Assembly (NCBI GenBank): GCA_964639785.1
Contig: CAZXEE010000001.1
Span: 243,832-307,831, forward strand
Length of the DNA stretch: 64,000 bases
Direction of reading: 5' to 3'
Source: an uncultured Gammaproteobacteria bacterium
GTDB taxonomy: Bacteria > Patescibacteriota > Patescibacteriia > Patescibacteriales > UBA12465
Below the pieces are notes generated by a model. That model was not told where the DNA came from. It ran no database searches and saw only the letters and a list, made by a program, of their open reading frames with translations. The translations under genes and the position numbers were made by a program. Shown one piece after another: positions 59,301 to 64,000 of this stretch (position 1 is its first letter; each line of letters opens with the position of its first letter).

Positions 59301-59861
59301 TACAAGACTTCTGCCGGTACTTTGGTTGATACTCCAAACCAGACCGTTATTGCTAATAACTTCCGTATCAGAAAGACTGTTCCAACTGTAGCTATCTTAG
59401 CTTTACCTGATACCACCTTAAATGCTGGTAACAAGGTTGTTTCTAAGTTTACAGTTACTGCTGATGCTAATGCTGATGTAACTTTGAGAAAAGTCGTATT
59501 AACTTACGCTACTACCTCTCAGGCTACTATCGCTACTTTAGCTTCTAACTCAGTTAAGGTTAACGGTTCTACTAAGGCTGCTTCTTCTACTGTTGATGCT
59601 GCTTTAAAGACTGTTACTTTAGCTTTCGGTACTGAAGAAGTTATCGCTGCTGGTACTACCAAGACTTTTGAAATCTTGGCTACTGTCGGCGTTTCTGGTC
59701 AGGGCTCTGATTCCATCACTACTTCAATCGTAGAGGATGCTTCTTATGCCACTACCGGTAGCTTCGAATGGTCTGATAATGCTTCTATTTCTACTCCTAC
59801 CTGGTCAAATGGTCACACTGTTAAAGGTTTGACTACTGATACTCAGGTATTGTCTAAATAG
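56364..59861 (+). CDS. Large secreted surface protein, S-layer-like (1165 aa)
   Basis: Signal peptide MKNLRKFFAVSVMALTIFAMSGISPVKASA. No Cys. Thr/Ser/Ala/Val/Gly-rich beta-type sequence. Strong bias to T-ending codons. Very strong terminator. Confidence 0.6.
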   Translation: MKNLRKFFAVSVMALTIFAMSGISPVKASAQAGDLIKKDGLSTVYYLGADGKRYVFPNDATYFSWHKDFSGVVTVSATELSSYPLGANIVIRPGTKLVKITTDPSVYAVEANGVLRKIQSESDAIALYGSNWAKRVVDVADSFFTNYTIGTPLPTGTVPAGSLVKTAGAATIYYFDGSTYRSIATEAAFNANRFDFSNVITVSAIGTLGTPVAGAEEMITKDSQGGATGPVVTGSNLMVSLSSATPAAASVPQNGARVPFTKVNLTAANDGAVSVNSITVKRIGLSSYTNVDKVWAEKDGVVVAAKKSMNSNDESILTFVPALTVGAGQTVSLDIIASLTGTGAGNIGLGVASASMVSASAASVTGSFPVNGNLMSPTSYNVVNLYISSTSTAATTVKVGDEKVELAKVGLDFNGTAKDAVVKSITLKNSGVEDLASAAMNLYLEYNGNKVSESTVVSGRYVTFNMPAAGFDMLKDDGQKLFYVKGDVVSKANTASDSFTFTVNKSTDVVVIEKATGFGANVYTTSNGSTVADAYPISSVTIDAGALSVSKKTTSPSDTTIIKGSDNVVLLANIRADEAIVADGLKLIYGSNGSNATTTDQFENVRVYVNGNLLDSFDPASSTSALITKSIDSNVSLNKGDNEVKVMVKAKSNATAASAFMAKLDGTTIFAGMNGEYVSSGNAIANPSGSATGAIFTVQGANLTTVRNDGYSNGKIIVRGGSDVSLGKFTLKAGNDSVKVTSIALASSTGTTSASYISDMKLFVDGVQVGNTVDFGSTGATFSSLNFTIAKDATKSIELKGSFDSSAAGAANGFQTVMTINAQDSRGTTVTGPSITGTTVQFAISEQGSLNLAVNGDTPSAGMLATNASEHEVAQFKFTSIDDSANLTEITLGNYATSGAAITTSTDSRISAIKLYDGTTLIDSFVPVNGEGTFTISDNKVSLAANTQKVLSVKVVLNNIVNDNTATDKDLRFMITDYQYKTSAGTLVDTPNQTVIANNFRIRKTVPTVAILALPDTTLNAGNKVVSKFTVTADANADVTLRKVVLTYATTSQATIATLASNSVKVNGSTKAASSTVDAALKTVTLAFGTEEVIAAGTTKTFEILATVGVSGQGSDSITTSIVEDASYATTGSFEWSDNASISTPTWSNGHTVKGLTTDTQVLSK

Positions 59862-59894
59862 TTAGTTTTCTCGATTTATTCGTAGATCGTGAAT

Positions 59895-59925
59895 AAAAAA
59901 GAGCGGGCTTCGGCCCGCTCTTTTT
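59895..59925 (+). terminator. Strong intrinsic terminator
   Basis: AAAAAGAGCGGGC-ttcg-GCCCGCTCTTTTT. Confidence 0.9.
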
Positions 59926-59980
59926 GTTTTTATGAAATTGAGCTAGAATGATTTCATATAATAAATTAAGCTTATATATT

Positions 59981-60844
59981 ATGTCTGGATCATTAAAGAT
60001 CGGTTTTATCGGTCAGGGTTTCATCGGGAAGAATTATGCTGATGATTTTGAGAATCGCGGCTTTGAGATTGTCCGTTATTCTCGTCGTTTGGATAGTGAA
60101 GAAAATCGGAAAAAATTGGCTGAGTGTGATATTGTCTTTATCGCTGTGCCTACCCCGACTACCCCTGATGGTTTTAGTTTTGATACGATTAGCGGAGTGC
60201 TGTCTTTAGTTGGATCAGGAAAATCAGCTGTTATCAAGTCGACTATTTTGCCTGGAACTTGTGAAAAGCTGCAAGCTAAATATCCGGATAAATATATATT
60301 TCATTCACCTGAATTCTTGACTGAAGTTAAAGCTGCTTTTGATGCTGCTAATCCGACTCGAAATATAGTGGGATATCCGATTGATAATGAGGAATACAGG
60401 AGAAGGGCTGAAGAGATATTGAGCGTTTTGCCGGATTCTCCGCTTAATTTCATTTGTAAGGCTAAAGAAGCAGAATTAGTTAAATATGCTAGTAACTGCT
60501 TTTTGTTTATGAAAGTTATCTATGCCAATATCCTTTATGATCTAGCGCAAAAAGAGGGAAGTGATTGGCAAAAAATCAGATCTGGGATGTCTTCTGACCC
60601 AAGGATAGGTTCGAGCCATTTAGACCCGGTTCATGCTTCGGGAACGGATATTAATACTGGCCGTGGAGCCGGTGGACACTGCTTTATAAAGGATTTTGCA
60701 GCTCTAAGGCTCTATGCTGAAGAAATGGGCCTAGACAAGGCTTCTTTAGACTTCTTAAAGGCCGCTGAAGCTAAGAATATTGAATTATTGAAGGGAAGTG
60801 AAAAAGATTTAGATCTTCTGAGGGGGGTTTATGGTGAAATTTAG
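59981..60844 (+). CDS. UDP-glucose/GDP-mannose dehydrogenase family protein, short form (287 aa from ATG 59981)
   Basis: N-terminal Rossmann motif KIGFIGQGFIGKN, SPEFLTE, and catalytic-Cys context GGHCFIKD. No C-terminal UDP-binding domain. Confidence 0.6.
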   Translation: MSGSLKIGFIGQGFIGKNYADDFENRGFEIVRYSRRLDSEENRKKLAECDIVFIAVPTPTTPDGFSFDTISGVLSLVGSGKSAVIKSTILPGTCEKLQAKYPDKYIFHSPEFLTEVKAAFDAANPTRNIVGYPIDNEEYRRRAEEILSVLPDSPLNFICKAKEAELVKYASNCFLFMKVIYANILYDLAQKEGSDWQKIRSGMSSDPRIGSSHLDPVHASGTDINTGRGAGGHCFIKDFAALRLYAEEMGLDKASLDFLKAAEAKNIELLKGSEKDLDLLRGVYGEI

Positions 60845-60945
60845 CAATTTTTATTGGGTTTTTTAAGTGTTTTTGTTTAAATACTTTTGATTTTTTGAAA
60901 TTAAGAGTATTTTTTGTTATTTTGGCTATTTTTTAATAATTTAAG

Positions 60946-60974
60946 TTGAATTTTATTTGGTAAAATGGTAGAAT
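60946..60974 (+). promoter_or_regulatory. Sigma70-type promoter of the glycan cluster
   Basis: TTGAAT-N17-TAGAAT. Confidence 0.45.
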
Positions 60975-61026
60975 TGCTATGTCGTATTGTTTTGTTAAGG
61001 TCGATAAATTTGGTTAAAATAAGCTG

Positions 61027-62340
61027 ATGTTAACTAGAATTTTTGCAAAAATTGAGAGATTTATCCCTAAAAAATGGCGTTGGGTTTTGAACCATGAAGG
61101 ATTCAAGCGTTATTTTGCTAATACCGGATGGATGTTTTTTGGCCAAATGTTCAACTTAGGTTTGTCTTTTTGCATAGGCATCTGGATGGCTCGATATTTG
61201 GGGCCTGAAAATTATGGTATTTTGAATTATGTATTAGCTTTTGTTGGACTTTTTGCTTTTATAGCGGATCTGGGTGTTAATAGTATTTTAAATAGAGAAT
61301 TAGTAAAATTTCCCGAGAAGAGAGATGAGCTTTTAGGGACGGCTTTGCGTTTGAAGATCGGGGGCGGAATAGTTGCTTTTTTGGTGACGGTTTGCGTGGT
61401 ATTTTTTACAAATGCTTCGCCTATGATAAGAGGGTTGGTTATTTTGTATTCTCTGACCTTTGTCCTTCAGGCTGTTAATGTCATTAGTACCTTTTTCCAG
61501 GCTAGAGTAGAAGCTAAAAACAATGTTCGTTCTCAAATTATTTCTTCTTCAATTTCATCGGTTCTGAAGATTTTCATGATCTTATCCGGTTTTGGGGTTA
61601 TTTGGTTGATGCTCATTTATGTTTTGGATTCCATTTGGTTGGGAATTGCCTTAATGGTGGCTTATCGCCGATCAGGGCTAGAAATAAGATCTTGGAATTT
61701 TAGTTGGATAGTTGCCAAAAGAATGTTGTCTGATTCTTGGTTGTTAATGTTAACCAGTGTTTCCATTTCTATCTATATGAGGATTGATCAGGTTATGATT
61801 AAGCAGATGGTTAATGAGACAGCTGTTGGTTTGTATTCGGCTGCCACAAAGCTCTCAGAGGTTTGGTATGTTATTCCTATGACAATTTGTCCATCATTAT
61901 TTTCGGCTATAGTAAATTCTAGAAAGATTGACAAGAATTTATATTTTAGCAGATTAAAAAAGCTTTTTTTCTTGATGTTATTTTTAGCGATAGTCGTCGC
62001 AACCTCTATTACGTTATTAGCAAAACCGATAATCTCTATATTATTTGGAAGTGCATATATGGGATCAGTTTCTGCTTTGCGTATTTATGTTTGGTCGGTT
62101 ATCGGTACGTTTTTAGGTGTGGTTATTGGTCAGTATTTAATTACGGAAAATTATAGTAAGATTTATTTTCTGATTACTGTTTTTGGAGCGATCGCTAATG
62201 TCATTTTAAATATTCTGTTGATTCCAAAAATGGGAATAAATGGCGCAGCCTTAGCAACAGTCGTTTCTTATCTTGTTGTTGTGTTATCCTTGTTATTTTT
62301 TAGAAAAACTAGAACTGATTTTTTGAAAATGTTATTTTAA
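61027..62340 (+). CDS. Polysaccharide flippase (Wzx/MOP superfamily)
   Basis: 437 aa with about 12-14 TM helices. The layout is typical of polysaccharide biosynthesis (Wzx) proteins. Confidence 0.65.
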   Translation: MLTRIFAKIERFIPKKWRWVLNHEGFKRYFANTGWMFFGQMFNLGLSFCIGIWMARYLGPENYGILNYVLAFVGLFAFIADLGVNSILNRELVKFPEKRDELLGTALRLKIGGGIVAFLVTVCVVFFTNASPMIRGLVILYSLTFVLQAVNVISTFFQARVEAKNNVRSQIISSSISSVLKIFMILSGFGVIWLMLIYVLDSIWLGIALMVAYRRSGLEIRSWNFSWIVAKRMLSDSWLLMLTSVSISIYMRIDQVMIKQMVNETAVGLYSAATKLSEVWYVIPMTICPSLFSAIVNSRKIDKNLYFSRLKKLFFLMLFLAIVVATSITLLAKPIISILFGSAYMGSVSALRIYVWSVIGTFLGVVIGQYLITENYSKIYFLITVFGAIANVILNILLIPKMGINGAALATVVSYLVVVLSLLFFRKTRTDFLKMLF

Positions 62341-62360
62341 TATTAAATTAATTCCTATTT

Positions 62361-63032
62361 ATGTTTAAAAAATTAAAATCCAAAGTAATATTTTATTTGC
62401 CAATAATTAAGATTTTATTCAGTCAGCCTAAATATATTAAATATATTTTTTCTTGGGGTAGATCACCTTTATCTAATGAGGTTCCCTGGGTTAACTTTGA
62501 TTTAAAAGAATGGCTTGACCGAAATCTTAATAAGGAAATGATAGTTTTTGAATATGGTAGTGGTGGTTCAACTTTATATTATTCAAAAAGAGTTAAGAAG
62601 GTCGTGACTGTTGAGCATGATCAATCTTGGTATGAAATAGTTAAAAAGCATTTGGTCGCGAAGAAAATAATGAATGTGGATATTTATTGTTGTCCACCAG
62701 AAAAAAATATTAATGGTGAAACCTTTGTTTCTCTAAGTAGTGATAAAAATTATGAAGGTCAAAACTTTAATAAATACGTAGAAAAAATTAAAGAATACCC
62801 TGATAATTATTTTGATTTAATAGTGGTTGATGGTCGAGCAAGAAATAGTTGTATGAACAATGTTTTATCCAAAATAAAAGATGGTGGTTATATATTACTT
62901 GATAATTCGGAACGGGAAGAATATGGGCCAGCTATTAATTTATTAGATAAATTTGATGTTATGGTATTTTTTGGTCCAGGTTTTTATTGCAATGGTCCAT
63001 GGGAGGCTAGAGTTTGGAAGATAAAGAAGTAG
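62361..63032 (+). CDS. Putative class I SAM-dependent methyltransferase
   Basis: Motif I-like VFEYGSGGST, later DLIVVDG and GGYILLDN. Confidence 0.45.
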   Translation: MFKKLKSKVIFYLPIIKILFSQPKYIKYIFSWGRSPLSNEVPWVNFDLKEWLDRNLNKEMIVFEYGSGGSTLYYSKRVKKVVTVEHDQSWYEIVKKHLVAKKIMNVDIYCCPPEKNINGETFVSLSSDKNYEGQNFNKYVEKIKEYPDNYFDLIVVDGRARNSCMNNVLSKIKDGGYILLDNSEREEYGPAINLLDKFDVMVFFGPGFYCNGPWEARVWKIKK

Positions 63033-63048
63033 TTATTAAATAAAATAT

Positions 63049-63735
63049 ATGAAAAATATATTGGATAAGATCTATTCAGCCTATAATCAAAAAACTTTTA
63101 AAAAAGAGGATAATGTTGTTTTCAAATTTTTTGATAATTTAAAAATTAATGAAAATAATATTGAATATTTAGAGGTTGGTTCTGGTTTGTGTAGATTTCC
63201 AATGATGGTTAGAGACAAATATAAAAATTTTAATATTAAGTGCCTGGAAAAGAATGTTGACCTGGTCAATTTAGGCGTGAATAATGGATTGAATGCCACC
63301 GTCGGGGATATAGTCGAATTATCTTTTAATGATGAAAAATTTAATGTTATCCATTGTTCTCATGTCATTGAACATCTAGATTATAAAAGTATTGTTAGTT
63401 CTTTGGATGAAATGTTTAGGGTTTTAAAGTCTGGTGGATATTTAATATTAAGGAGTCCTTTGATGTATCCCGGCTTTTATTTCGACATAGATCATGTCAG
63501 GCCTTATCCCCCGGAATCTATACTTAATTATTTCAACAATAGGCAGCAGCAGAGGGTTGGATCTTATAAGATCTTCGAAGTTTTAAGGTGGTATAGAAGA
63601 GAAGCCGCTTCGTTTTATAATTCAAATTGTGGCATTGTTAAAATATTTAATTATCTTTTAAAGCTGTTTTGGTTAGTGATTGGTTTCCCGAGGTCTAAAC
63701 CGAATGGTTATATTTTGGTAATAAAAAAGAATTAA
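63049..63735 (+). CDS. Class I SAM-dependent methyltransferase
   Basis: YLEVGSGLCRF (motif I), FNVIHCSHVIEHL and LKSGGYLILRSP. Confidence 0.65.
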   Translation: MKNILDKIYSAYNQKTFKKEDNVVFKFFDNLKINENNIEYLEVGSGLCRFPMMVRDKYKNFNIKCLEKNVDLVNLGVNNGLNATVGDIVELSFNDEKFNVIHCSHVIEHLDYKSIVSSLDEMFRVLKSGGYLILRSPLMYPGFYFDIDHVRPYPPESILNYFNNRQQQRVGSYKIFEVLRWYRREAASFYNSNCGIVKIFNYLLKLFWLVIGFPRSKPNGYILVIKKN

Positions 63736-63736
63736 T

Positions 63737-64000
63737 ATGAAATTAGCCCCAATAGCTTTGTTTGTTTATAACCGACTCTGGCATACTCAAAAAACAATTG
63801 AAGCTTTACAAAAAAATACTCTAGCTTTAGATAGTGATCTTATCATTTTTTCTGATGGTCCAAAGGATAATTTGGATAGTAAAAAAAGTGTTTTGGAGTT
63901 GCGGGAATATTTAAAAATCATATCTGGTTTTAAGAATGTTAAAATTATTACTAGAGAAAAAAATTATGGTTTAGGCAAATCTATTATAGCTGGTGTTTCT
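63737..64000 (+). CDS. Glycosyltransferase (GT2-like), N-terminal 88 aa; runs off the window
   Basis: MKLAPIALFVYNRLWHTQKTIEALQKN...LIIFSDGPK...NYGLGKSIIAGVS. ATG lies 1 nt after the previous stop. The frame is open to the window end. Confidence 0.6.
   Translation, partial: MKLAPIALFVYNRLWHTQKTIEALQKNTLALDSDLIIFSDGPKDNLDSKKSVLELREYLKIISGFKNVKIITREKNYGLGKSIIAGVS

Overview
This is a compact bacterial chromosome segment, roughly 40% GC by eye (not computed), with long runs of genes on the same strand. It uses the standard genetic code. TGA is the stop codon in the ATGA overlap between the response-regulator gene and pilB, and tRNA-Trp carries a CCA anticodon. Short versions of housekeeping enzymes, very few Shine-Dalgarno sites, many near-consensus TTGACA-N17-TATAAT promoters, a small VirB2-like pilin and many prepilin-type proteins suggest a Patescibacteria/CPR-like organism. 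That assignment is inference; no database search was possible, and all protein calls rest on motifs recognised in the translations.

Contents:
- Housekeeping genes: eno (partial), an iPGM-like gene, gyrB, tpiA, mutM, rpmG, greA, alaS, hup, a DEAD-box helicase, an ABC-F ATPase, kup and corA.
- Three tRNAs: Thr-GGT, Tyr-GTA and Trp-CCA.
- A 12-kb type IV pilus locus (8.1-20.6 kb).
- An ECF sigma/anti-sigma pair, followed by a 620-bp structured non-coding region and a 1165-aa S-layer-like protein.
- A low-GC glycan-synthesis cluster at the 3' end.

Best leads:
1. The pilus locus is flanked by two-component signalling genes. It encodes pilin fusions to Calx-beta/FISUMP and LVIVD-propeller modules, plus three tandem major-pilin paralogues with a hypervariable centre.
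2. Two stand-alone promoter-to-terminator units without ORFs (29.45-29.73 kb and 34.47-34.66 kb) are candidate small RNAs.
3. An 11-bp tandem duplication uncouples kup from its ATG.
4. A 620-bp structured leader lies upstream of the surface-protein gene.
5. A second pilin fused to seven tandem repeats sits next to a C39-like peptidase.

No CRISPR array, rRNA gene, transposase or integrase was seen.
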